From Blochmannia endosymbiont of Camponotus nipponensis (GTDB lineage Bacteria > Pseudomonadota > Gammaproteobacteria > Enterobacterales > Enterobacteriaceae), in NCBI RefSeq assembly GCF_009827135.1, contig NZ_CP046534.1:756523-788522 (forward strand): DNA of 32,000 bases. Reading direction: 5' to 3'. Numbering within the stretch: position 1 is the stretch's first letter; each line of letters starts with the position of its first letter. Made by a program: the position numbers and the translations under genes. The notes beneath the pieces are model-generated. The model was not told the origin of the DNA, ran no database searches, and was given only the letters and a program-made list of their open reading frames with translations. Shown here piece by piece: positions 1 through 8,781 of this stretch.

Positions 1-217
1 AGATTTGTTCTTAAGGTAAAACCGACTTTTATAATACAAGATATCTGTAAAAAAATTGACGCATGATAAAATCACATGTATGTTAGTATTAATAGGTGTA
101 TATAATTTAATTATTTTTATATAAAATATGTTGTTTAAATTTTAAGTTCATAAATAATGACAAATGAGTAATATATGGTAAACTCAATAAGTTAGTGATC
201 GTCGTATTGTGAAGTGT

Positions 218-291
218 GCGTTCTTAGCTCAGTTGGTTAGAGCACTACCTTGACATGGTAGAGGTCGATGGTTCAAGTCCATTAGAACGCA
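218..291 (+). tRNA. valV: tRNA-Val, anticodon GAC
   Basis: Cloverleaf folded by hand. Acceptor GCGTTCT/AGAACGC, D-stem GCTC/GAGC, anticodon stem CTACC/GGTAG with loop TTGACAT (anticodon GAC), T-stem GATGG/CCATT, T-loop TTCAAGT, discriminator A. Very close to my recollection of E. coli tRNA-Val(GAC). The 3' CCA is not encoded. Confidence 0.95.
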
Positions 292-608
292 TTAGTTATA
301 ATTGCAATATAAAGAATGAAAATTATAATAAGATTCTTTTATCTCTAATATAGAAATTAAAAATAAATATATTTTTAATATTACTGTATTTAATAAAATT
401 AAATTTTTTATTTTATGAAAATGGGGTATTTTTGTCACAAAATTATGATAAAAAGTATAACTGTTATAACCACATGATTTATTCAACATAATTAAATATA
501 ATTCGGTAGAATATTTTTTTAAATATACCGAACAAATAATTGTTCTATCAATGTATGTATTTTTATAAAATGCAGTTTAAATATATTTAATATAGGAGAA
601 TGTTACAA

Positions 609-845
609 ATGAATCGTGATAGATTAATATGTTTTTCAATTATTTTAAGTTCTTTTGCGTTAATTAGTTGCGCAAGTACAACTAAAATAAAAGAGTTGTC
701 TTCTGAAGTACATGATTTAAATGAAAGAATTGATCAGATAAGTAGTGATGTCGACATTTTACGTCCAGAAATAGAAAAAACTAAAAATGAAGCAGCACGA
801 GCTAATCAACGCATCGATAATCAAATTACCTCTTATCATAAGTAA
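609..845 (+). CDS. lpp: Braun major outer-membrane lipoprotein Lpp
   Basis: The 78-aa product has the lipobox LISC, the heptad coiled coil ...AARANQRIDN..., and the C-terminal Lys used for murein attachment. It is collinear with E. coli Lpp, which is also 78 aa. AGGAG at 594-598 lies 10 nt before the ATG at 609 but only 1 nt before the ORF-track ATG at 600, so 609 is preferred. Confidence 0.93.
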   Translation: MNRDRLICFSIILSSFALISCASTTKIKELSSEVHDLNERIDQISSDVDILRPEIEKTKNEAARANQRIDNQITSYHK

Positions 846-949
846 GATAATACAATGTAAAGTAAAAAATATAATATATCTAAAATGATTTTAGATTATA
901 AAAAATAATTTATGTAGTTATTGGTATTAAAATAAAAAATAAAACATAG

Positions 950-1031
950 AGAGAAGCATATATTTAATTCTCAAAAAAAAATCTGCTGAATTCAGCAGAT
1001 TTTTTTTTGAGAATTAAATATATGCTTCTCT
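950..1031. terminator. Bidirectional intrinsic terminator embedded in an 82-bp perfect palindrome
   Basis: Core stem ATCTGCTGAA/TTCAGCAGAT is flanked by A9 and T9, so it reads as hairpin plus U-run on both strands. Outer arms AGAGAAGCATATATTTAATTCTC/GAGAATTAAATATATGCTTCTCT extend the complementarity. Centre of symmetry is 990/991. It lies between the convergent genes lpp and sufE. Confidence 0.8.
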
Positions 1032-1101
1032 TAATTTTCAATGACAATGACACAACATGACATTTATTATATTTAATAATACATACCAATTACAGTAAAA
1101 A

Positions 1102-1545
1102 CTATAATTTATATAAATCATTAGCCTGAGAATGTATAGAATCTAATATTAAATATATTCCCTGAGATCGAGAGATAGTTAGATTTTGTTTTAACTGTAA
1201 TTGATTTATTAAAAAAGGTTTAACATCAAGATTAGTGGCTTCTTGTAAACTTAATCCTTGATATAAACTAAATATTATAGTGATAATTCCTTTAACAATA
1301 GAAGAATCACTATATCCGTGCAATTTTATTAAATCATTACCATTATGAGGCTCTAAATAAGTAGTCAAGGCTATCCATGTTTTGTTTTGGCAACCAGATA
1401 TCAAATACTTCTGTATTCGCATATTTTCTGGAAATTCAGGTAATAGTTTTCCAAGATCAATTATATATATATATTTTTCTTCCCAATTTATACAACTTAA
1501 GAAATTTTTTAACAATTGAGTTTTTGTTGGAAAATTTATTATCAT
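1102..1545 (-). CDS. sufE: Cysteine desulfuration sulfur-acceptor protein SufE
   Basis: Motifs LLKNFLSCINWEEKYIYIIDLG and the acceptor-Cys context SGCQN match E. coli SufE. It is the last gene of the suf operon, as in E. coli. Confidence 0.93.
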   Translation of the reverse strand: MIINFPTKTQLLKNFLSCINWEEKYIYIIDLGKLLPEFPENMRIQKYLISGCQNKTWIALTTYLEPHNGNDLIKLHGYSDSSIVKGIITIIFSLYQGLSLQEATNLDVKPFLINQLQLKQNLTISRSQGIYLILDSIHSQANDLYKL

Positions 1546-1564
1546 ATTTTCAATAAAATTATTA

Positions 1565-2788
1565 TTAATTCAACAAACATTGTACTTGCACTAATCCATC
1601 TGCTAAACGATCTATATCTTCTTTGTTTGTATACATAGCTAATGATGCACGACACATACCTGGTACTTTAAAATAATTCATAGTAGGTATAGCACAATGA
1701 TGTCCTGTACGTATAGCAATACCATATTGATTCAATAACATTCCAACATCATATGAATGATGTATTCCTAAATTAAAAGCAATGATACCAACTCGTGTAC
1801 TTGGTCCATATAAGATCAGATCTGGAATATTTTTTAATATATCTACAGCATAATGTATTAGTTGATCTTCATAAGCATAAATTTTATTAACTCCTATTGT
1901 ATTAATGTATTTGATAGCATTACCTAAACCTATGATACCGCTGATATTAGGAGAACCTGACTCAAATTTCCAAGGTGGATCTATAAATTTTGTGCCTTGA
2001 GTTAAACTTACATTTTCAACTATTCCACCTCCTACAATCCAAGGAGGCATTTTTTGAAGTAATTTTTTTTTTCCATACATAACACCAATACCAGAAGGTC
2101 CATATATTTTATGTCCAGAAAATACATAAAAATCACAATCTAACTTCTGTACATCTACTGTTTGATGAACAATGCCTTGTGCACCATCTATTAATATCAA
2201 AGTATCACTGTTTTTTCGAGCTGTACTGATAATTTCTGTCAATGGATTAATGGTGCCTAAAACATTAGACACATGTGATATTGACAAGAGCCGAGTACGA
2301 TGATCTATAATTTTTGATAAACTAGATACATCTAATGTACCATTAGGAGTTAATGGTATATAACGTAGTATAATTTTTTTATGTTTTTCTAACATTTGCC
2401 ATGGAATAATATTAGCATGATGTTCCATTTCGCTAATAATAATATTATCTCCATAATTTATAAAATTATGCCCCCAACTATTAGCAATTAGGTTAATAGC
2501 TTCAGTAGTACTTTTGACAAAAACAATTTCTTCTTTAGATGCATTAATAAAATCAGCTATATGTGAACGTATTGTTTCCATTTGATTGGTTGATTCAGTA
2601 CTCAAAGTATGAATACCTCTATGTACAGCAGCATATTCATTACGATAATATTGAGTTTGTGAGTCAATGACAACATTCGGTTTCTGAGCAGATGCGGCAC
2701 TATCAAGATAAGTCAGAGGATATTGATTAATAATACGTTTTAATATAGGAAAATCCGATCTAATTTCTTCTATAGGATATAGTATCAT
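1565..2788 (-). CDS. sufS: Cysteine desulfurase SufS (PLP-dependent)
   Basis: The 407-aa product has the PLP-Lys motif [12 protein letters not shown] and the catalytic Cys context RTGHHCA. The ATGA start/stop overlap with sufD is at 2785-2788. Confidence 0.96.
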   Translation of the reverse strand: MILYPIEEIRSDFPILKRIINQYPLTYLDSAASAQKPNVVIDSQTQYYRNEYAAVHRGIHTLSTESTNQMETIRSHIADFINASKEEIVFVKSTTEAINLIANSWGHNFINYGDNIIISEMEHHANIIPWQMLEKHKKIILRYIPLTPNGTLDVSSLSKIIDHRTRLLSISHVSNVLGTINPLTEIISTARKNSDTLILIDGAQGIVHQTVDVQKLDCDFYVFSGHKIYGPSGIGVMYGKKKLLQKMPPWIVGGGIVENVSLTQGTKFIDPPWKFESGSPNISGIIGLGNAIKYINTIGVNKIYAYEDQLIHYAVDILKNIPDLILYGPSTRVGIIAFNLGIHHSYDVGMLLNQYGIAIRTGHHCAIPTMNYFKVPGMCRASLAMYTNKEDIDRLADGLVQVQCLLN

Positions 2789-4074
2789 ATTATAGACCCT
2801 ATTAAAACCTCATTGATTCTTTTCAAAATAATCTCCCGTAATACAGGATTTTCAATTGATCTTATAATCTCAATAGCAAAAGCATGAACAAGCATTTTTA
2901 AAGCATCTTTTTTTGAAATACCACGTGTATTTAGATAAAATAGATGATAATTATCAATTTGTCCTATTGTTGCACCGTGACTACATTTTACATCGTCAGA
3001 GTAAATTTCAAGTTTAGGTATGCTATTGATAGTAGCATCTTGATGCAATAATAAGTTATTGTTTATCATTTTTCCATCAGTTTTTATAGAATCTGGATTT
3101 ACTTTTATTAATCCATTAAACACGCCAGTACTACAATTACATGCGATTATTTTATGTAATTGTCTACTTGATGCATGTTCTCGATTGTTATGCTCTAAAT
3201 AAGTACGTATATCTCCAACATCCTGTTCGGATAGAAAAACCAAACTATTTAATGCTAAATATGATTTTGAATGATTTACTTGAGCGCTAGTTTGATGACA
3301 CGTGAGTTTAGGCCCAAGAATAACAAAAATACTACTGTTTACATCTGAAGATTGTCCTAAACTAATATCATTATGTGATATATGATAACTTGTTTTATTT
3401 TCAAATACTAATTTAATATGAGACAATCTAGCTCGGTTTCCTATTGTCATAGACATACGTGCGCCACTAAAATGTCTGTTTTCATTTATACTAATAAAAT
3501 GTTCTATGACACACGTGTTAGAATCCTGCCCAATTTCAAGATGATGGTGATAATGTGATGTAACTAATGTATTTTTTACATTAGATCCTTCGTTGATATG
3601 TAATAAATATAATGGTTTTTTTGTTATTTTTTTTGTAGGTAAATTTATTTGTATTGTTGCATCACTTAAATATTCAGTTAAATATAAAAACATTTCTGGT
3701 TGAATAGGATTAATTATTTCGTGACGATTGGGATTACGGTTGATTTTTATTGTCCATGGATCTATATTTTTATCGCTTAATTCAGACGAAAATCTACCGT
3801 TAATAAATATTAAACGATAAGCATCTATAGAAAATCCTACTGATTTATATCTAGATATATTCAACTCATTATTTTCGGAACATTCAAAATTGTACGTTAA
3901 AAATTCTTCAAGTGAAGTATATTTCCAATTATTTTCCTTAAAACTCGATAATCCGAACATTTTAATGCGTTTCCAATATTTATCTATCAAACTTGAATGA
4001 ATGTTATTTTTTTTTTTAAATAATTCATACCATTCATTTAATACTCGATTTGCATTATTCAGATAACCAACCAT
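2785..4074 (-). CDS. sufD: Fe-S cluster assembly protein SufD
   Basis: Collinear with E. coli SufD ([40 protein letters not shown]). The ORF-track start at 4089 is a TTG. The ATG at 4074 gives [15 protein letters not shown], which aligns with E. coli MAGLPNSSNALQQW, and has GAGGA upstream. It overlaps the sufC 3' end by 20 nt. Confidence 0.9.
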   Translation of the reverse strand: MVGYLNNANRVLNEWYELFKKKNNIHSSLIDKYWKRIKMFGLSSFKENNWKYTSLEEFLTYNFECSENNELNISRYKSVGFSIDAYRLIFINGRFSSELSDKNIDPWTIKINRNPNRHEIINPIQPEMFLYLTEYLSDATIQINLPTKKITKKPLYLLHINEGSNVKNTLVTSHYHHHLEIGQDSNTCVIEHFISINENRHFSGARMSMTIGNRARLSHIKLVFENKTSYHISHNDISLGQSSDVNSSIFVILGPKLTCHQTSAQVNHSKSYLALNSLVFLSEQDVGDIRTYLEHNNREHASSRQLHKIIACNCSTGVFNGLIKVNPDSIKTDGKMINNNLLLHQDATINSIPKLEIYSDDVKCSHGATIGQIDNYHLFYLNTRGISKKDALKMLVHAFAIEIIRSIENPVLREIILKRINEVLIGSII

Positions 4075-4798
4075 AACCTTTTTCCTCAAGCTTTTTTACT
4101 AAAGAAATATTACCAGATTTCACAATTTGACCCTTATATAACACATGAACATAATCAGGTTTAATATATTCTAAGATTCTTTGGTAGTGAGTAATAATTA
4201 CAAATGAACGTATTTTATTACTTAATATATTAAGACCGTTATAAACAATTTTTACTGCATCAATATCCAAACCAGAATCTGTTTCATCAAGAATACACAA
4301 TAATGGCTCTAACATCATCATTTGAAGAATATCATTACGCTTTTTTTCACCCCCGGAAAATCCAACATTTACTGATCGAGTTAAAAGATCGTCAGGCATT
4401 TTTAACAATATCATATTTTTCTTAACAAGTTGATTAAAATCAAATCGATCTAAGAGAGGTTGATGTCTATATTTACGTATAGCATTAACAGCGCTGTATA
4501 AAAATAATTGATTGCTAATTCCTGGAATATCTACCGGATGTTGAAATGCCACAAAAATGCCTTCTCCAGCACGTTCTTCTGGTTTAAGAGGTAATAAATT
4601 TTTTTTTTTAAACAATATTTCCCCATCAGTAACAACATAATCCTGCTGACCAGATAATGTAGCAGATAATGTACTTTTTCCTGAACCATTAGGTCCCATA
4701 ATAATATGTATTTCACCAGAATTAATTTCTAAATTTAATTTCTTTAGAATAGATATACCTTTTACGCTGACATTCAAATTTTTTATTGATAATATCAT
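4055..4798 (-). CDS. sufC: Fe-S cluster assembly ATPase SufC
   Basis: Walker A GPNGSGKST, ABC signature FSGGEKKR and Walker B ILDETDSGLD are present. The ATG at 4798 gives MILSIKNL, matching E. coli MLSIKDL. The ORF-track start at 4864 adds 22 non-homologous residues. Confidence 0.95.
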   Translation of the reverse strand: MILSIKNLNVSVKGISILKKLNLEINSGEIHIIMGPNGSGKSTLSATLSGQQDYVVTDGEILFKKKNLLPLKPEERAGEGIFVAFQHPVDIPGISNQLFLYSAVNAIRKYRHQPLLDRFDFNQLVKKNMILLKMPDDLLTRSVNVGFSGGEKKRNDILQMMMLEPLLCILDETDSGLDIDAVKIVYNGLNILSNKIRSFVIITHYQRILEYIKPDYVHVLYKGQIVKSGNISLVKKLEEKGYGWLSE

Positions 4799-4853
4799 AA
4801 TTACTCCGTATTGAATGAATGTACTTATGTTTAAAATACTTAGAAAATAAATT

Positions 4854-6353
4854 TTATCCAACACTGTGTTCTAAAGTAATCGATAATAACCTCTGTGCTT
4901 CTACAGAAAATTCTAAAGGTAATTTAGAGAATATATCTTTACAAAATCCATTTACAATCATAGAAATGGCATCATCTTCATTAATTCCACGTTGGCGACA
5001 ATAAAACAATTGATTATCACTGATTCGTGAAGTTGTAGCTTCATGTTCTAACTGCGCGCTATTATTTTGCGATGCAATTATAGGAAATGTGTGAGAACCA
5101 CATTTTTTACCTATTAACATTGAATCGCATTGTGTAAAATTACGTGAATTTGTAGCAGTTTTCATAATTTTAACTAATCCTCGATAAGTATTTTGGCTAT
5201 TGCCAAGAGCAATTCCTTTTGAAATAATAGTCGAGCGGGTATTTTCCCCGATATGAATCATTTTTGTTCCGGTATCTGCTTGTTGTGTACCATTAGTAAT
5301 AGCAACTGAAAAAAATTCTCCAATAGAATTTTTTCCTTTTAAAATTACACTTGGGTACTTCCAGGTGATAGCAGACCCAGATTCAGATTGAGTCCAAGAC
5401 ATTTTAGAATTCTCTCCAGCACATAGTGCTCGCTTAGTAACAAAGTTTAAAATACCACCCTGAGAGAACTGATTACCAGAAAACCAATTTTGTACTGTTG
5501 AATATTTTACCTGAGCATCTTTGAGTACGATAACTTCTACAACTGCTGCATGAAGTTGATAATTATTATGCATTGGCGCTGAACATCCTTCAATATAGCT
5601 TACATAACTACCTATATCTGCAATTAAAATAGTACGCTCAAATTGCCCAGTTTTTTTAGAATTCATTCTAAAGTAAGTTGAAAGTTCCATGGGACAACGT
5701 ACATTTTTAGGAATATATATAAATGTGCCATCGGATACAACCGCAGCATTAAGTGCAGCAAAAAAATTATCTTTAAAAGTCACTACAGTTCCCAAGTATT
5801 GGCGTACTAAATCTGGATAATCACGAATGGCATCGTGAAATGAACAAAAAATAATACCTTTTTTTAATAAAGTTGCACGAAATGTAGTAGATACAGAAAC
5901 TGAGTCAAAAATAGCATCAACTGCTATGTTTCCTTCTTCATATACTGGGATACCTAATTTATTAAATGTTTTTTCTACTTCTTTAGTTAAATATTTTGAT
6001 TTATTTGAAGGAGTATTTGCATTTTTTTGTATTTCGTAATTTTCTTCTTTAATTGTACATACGGGAGCAGAAAAATAACTATAGGAGTTATAATTGAGTT
6101 TTTGATAATTTCCTTTTAACCAATGCGGTTCTTGCATATTAGACCAAGCATGATAACCCGACAGCCTGAATTCTAACATCCATTTCGGCTCTGATCTTTT
6201 TTCTGAAATAGCATATATTGTATTTTCATTAATACCTTGTGTAAATTCTTCATTGCTTAATTTAGTAAAAAACCCTTCTTTATAATACAAATCATCACTG
6301 TTCACTATTTTTTTTTTATTAATATTATACATGTTAAAGTTATTGCATATCAT
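4854..6353 (-). CDS. sufB: Fe-S cluster scaffold protein SufB
   Basis: The 499-aa product is very similar to E. coli SufB across its length (EPKWMLEFRL, FERTILIAD, YIEGCSAP, KYSTVQNWF, LEHEATTSRI, AISMIVNGFCKD). The start could instead be the second ATG at 6332. Confidence 0.95.
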   Translation of the reverse strand: MICNNFNMYNINKKKIVNSDDLYYKEGFFTKLSNEEFTQGINENTIYAISEKRSEPKWMLEFRLSGYHAWSNMQEPHWLKGNYQKLNYNSYSYFSAPVCTIKEENYEIQKNANTPSNKSKYLTKEVEKTFNKLGIPVYEEGNIAVDAIFDSVSVSTTFRATLLKKGIIFCSFHDAIRDYPDLVRQYLGTVVTFKDNFFAALNAAVVSDGTFIYIPKNVRCPMELSTYFRMNSKKTGQFERTILIADIGSYVSYIEGCSAPMHNNYQLHAAVVEVIVLKDAQVKYSTVQNWFSGNQFSQGGILNFVTKRALCAGENSKMSWTQSESGSAITWKYPSVILKGKNSIGEFFSVAITNGTQQADTGTKMIHIGENTRSTIISKGIALGNSQNTYRGLVKIMKTATNSRNFTQCDSMLIGKKCGSHTFPIIASQNNSAQLEHEATTSRISDNQLFYCRQRGINEDDAISMIVNGFCKDIFSKLPLEFSVEAQRLLSITLEHSVG

Positions 6354-6367
6354 AATAATACCCGTTG

Positions 6368-6748
6368 TTAAATTCCAAAACTTTCACCACACCCACAAGA
6401 ATATTGCGCTTGAGGATTGTTAAATTTAAACATATAATTTAAACCTTCTTGTACGTAATCTAATTCGGTACCATCAATCAATGGCATTATATGTGATGGT
6501 ACGAACAATTTAGCTCCATTACGTTCATATATTAAGTAATTGTTATCTAATGATGTAACTTTATCCATAAGATATGTAAAACCCGCACATCCTGATTTTT
6601 TTACGGTTACTTTTAATCCCAACATATTGGGATTGTTATGTATTAAATTAAGAATTTGTTGTACTGCTGCATCAGTTAAAGTTAACCCATCCCAAGAAAT
6701 ATGATTTTTAGGTATGTGATGCACATTTTGTTGAAGATCATTTTTCAT
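6368..6748 (-). CDS. sufA: Fe-S cluster carrier (A-type) SufA
   Basis: The 126-aa product has SGCAGF and the C-terminal CGCGESFGI cysteine motif. It is the first gene of the suf operon, as in E. coli. Confidence 0.93.
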   Translation of the reverse strand: MKNDLQQNVHHIPKNHISWDGLTLTDAAVQQILNLIHNNPNMLGLKVTVKKSGCAGFTYLMDKVTSLDNNYLIYERNGAKLFVPSHIMPLIDGTELDYVQEGLNYMFKFNNPQAQYSCGCGESFGI

Positions 6749-7215
6749 AAAAATTGCCTTTACGTTGATTTACAACGTTCATCAGAGCAAGTATCTTAAT
6801 TATTTTATTGTATTGAATATAAATATTATCGCAAAAATATATATTTACATATATCAAAATATACATATATCTCATTATTATGAGATGATAGAAAAGTTCA
6901 TTTTTTATCATATACCCATTTAATAATCATGTATGAAATATAAATTTCATATCTTTTTATATTTATAAATATAGTGCTCTTTAAAATTATTTTTTATTTT
7001 AAATCATAAAATATGATTTATCTTTAATAAATGGATCATTATATCATATTACATAATACATAACGATTGATTATTTTTAACATTAATCGTAAATTATTTC
7101 ATCTGGGAACTGATTGAAATCAGTGAAAATACAACATGTAGCAACCATACAATTGCATCAGAAATATCAAAATCTTCATTGATAATTAAAACTAATATAT
7201 GAAACTAACACTGCA

Positions 7216-8232
7216 CTAAGATACTTTTTTGATTAACCAACGAGAAACTTCTGATAACTCTTCTTTGTATTGAGGCCAGTCTTTTATCCATTCTGTACAA
7301 CAATATTGAATAGTTTTATCGTTATATGGTATACCTACCAGTTTTTTTGCTAATGTTTCTATAGGATCTGGTTCTAAGCTGTCGGTAAAAATACGACTAC
7401 GATTAATGATTCCACGTTCTATATCGAAATGTAATGTCACACTACCCCACTCAAAACGTGCATCTAACTGGTGTGTAAACGCAGGAGCACTACCAAAATT
7501 CCAGTTCCAATCACATTGTTTGTTGAACAGTTCAACAAATCCTGGTATATGATAAAAATCATTTATAGATAATATTTCTGATTTTACTCTCATTCCATGA
7601 TATTGGAAAAATGCTTCTGTCAAACCTTGGCATACTTCTTGATGATCAATACTAGGTTTTAATTGATTTAAATTAGCAACCCGTGATCGAATAGAAGTAA
7701 TTCCTTTAGTTTTTAGCTTTTTAAAATCTGGGTTAAGGTAATAAGTAAGTTTATCAATATTAACGTGTAAGAGTAATGTACCGTGATGAAATTTACGCCC
7801 AGATGTTTCACGATATGCAGAGCCACTAATTTTACGTTCTCCATCTACTGTATGTATAACGAGATCATTTCGTCCAGAAATAATAGCTTTGATTCCAATA
7901 TGATTTAATCCATTTAACACAATATTAGTGGATAATTTTTTATCATAATGTTCCTGAGTGGATATGAAGGTGAAACAAGTATTACCTAAATCATGAAACA
8001 CAGCTCCGCCCCCACTACTCCTTCTAGCTAATTTAATTCCATCTCTTTCCATACGACGAGTATTACATTCTTTCCATGCATTTTGAGCACGACCTATAAC
8101 CACTGTATTTTGATTTCTCCATAAGAATAATATAGATTGTTTTTTGGGTATATTTTTAAACATATATTCTTCAACTGATAAATTAAACCACGGGTCGTAA
8201 GAGTCAGATAATAACAATCGTAAAGAATACAT
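7216..8232 (-). CDS. lplA: Lipoate-protein ligase A
   Basis: The 338-aa product is collinear with E. coli LplA ([54 protein letters not shown]). Confidence 0.95.
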   Translation of the reverse strand: MYSLRLLLSDSYDPWFNLSVEEYMFKNIPKKQSILFLWRNQNTVVIGRAQNAWKECNTRRMERDGIKLARRSSGGGAVFHDLGNTCFTFISTQEHYDKKLSTNIVLNGLNHIGIKAIISGRNDLVIHTVDGERKISGSAYRETSGRKFHHGTLLLHVNIDKLTYYLNPDFKKLKTKGITSIRSRVANLNQLKPSIDHQEVCQGLTEAFFQYHGMRVKSEILSINDFYHIPGFVELFNKQCDWNWNFGSAPAFTHQLDARFEWGSVTLHFDIERGIINRSRIFTDSLEPDPIETLAKKLVGIPYNDKTIQYCCTEWIKDWPQYKEELSEVSRWLIKKVS

Positions 8233-8599
8233 ACATTATCCTCCTTTAGTATTTAATATTTAAGTTATAAATTTCATATGTAAACACAATGTTATTGTTA
8301 TCACTAGTTATAGTGACTTTAAATTATTTTAAATCAAATTATCAGTATTAAAAATAAATTTTTATCCATGATTTTCAATTTCTATTTATAGTTACATATT
8401 AATTTTAATCATCAATTAATATTATAAATAATATATTTTTTATTTATAATTGTGATAAAAATATTATACTTGATGTATGAAAACAATATCTCATTCTTTA
8501 AATGTAATTTAAATATTATTTAATAAAATTTAAAACAGAACATTGATATTTTTATCAAACTAAATAATTAATATTTATGATAATAATTATTATATATAT

Positions 8600-8765
8600 T
8601 TATACTAAATATATCTTATAACAATAGTATATAAAAAATTTTTTAAAAATCGTGTAACTAAAAATATTTAAGAATGCATGAATGATGGTTATAATAGGTT
8701 CATTTACAATAATATATGTATTGCTTTTAGTAATATTTGGATACGGTTGTATATATCATGCTCAT
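8600..8765 (-). pseudogene. Possible decayed ihfA remnant (frameshifted, lacks the DNA-binding arm)
   Basis: An ATG lies 16 nt after the pheT stop, which is the E. coli ihfA position. Frame 1 reads MSMIYTTVSKYY*, where M1, S9 and Y11 match IhfA MALTKAEMSEYL. Reading one base ahead, ITKSNTYIIVNEPIITIIHAFLN aligns ungapped with [23 protein letters not shown] (K, V, I, A and N identical). No RPGRNPKTGE arm is present. AT-rich codon bias inflates such matches. Confidence 0.3.
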
Positions 8766-8781
8766 GATGATATTAGTATTA

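Noticed and set aside
292-489. 65-aa minus-strand ORF between tRNA-Val and lpp
   Set aside because: The translation is low-complexity and N/I/K/Y/F-rich, resembles no protein I recognise and has no SD. It starts directly against the tRNA end. It is typical of a chance ORF in AT-rich spacer.
502-532. Hairpin TTCGGTA(GA)ATATTT-TTTT-AAATATTACCGAA between tRNA-Val and lpp
   Set aside because: No U-run follows on either strand, so it is not a convincing terminator. It is too short and AT-rich to call a regulatory element without comparative data.
4799-4864. 5' extensions in the ORF track: sufC 4864, sufD 4089, rpmI 13073, thrS 15642, ispE 20869, ybhL 25755, pal 29971, lpp 600
   Set aside because: The extensions add residues with no counterpart in the E. 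coli orthologues. Several begin at TTG, and internal ATGs with better SD spacing reproduce the orthologous N-termini.
6869-6886. Inverted repeat ATCTCAT-TATT-ATGAGAT about 120 nt upstream of sufA, considered as a Fur or IscR operator
   Set aside because: It matches only about 11 of 19 positions of the Fur consensus, which is not above expectation in DNA this AT-rich. There is no IscR type-2 CC/GG signature. Seven-bp inverted repeats are common by chance.
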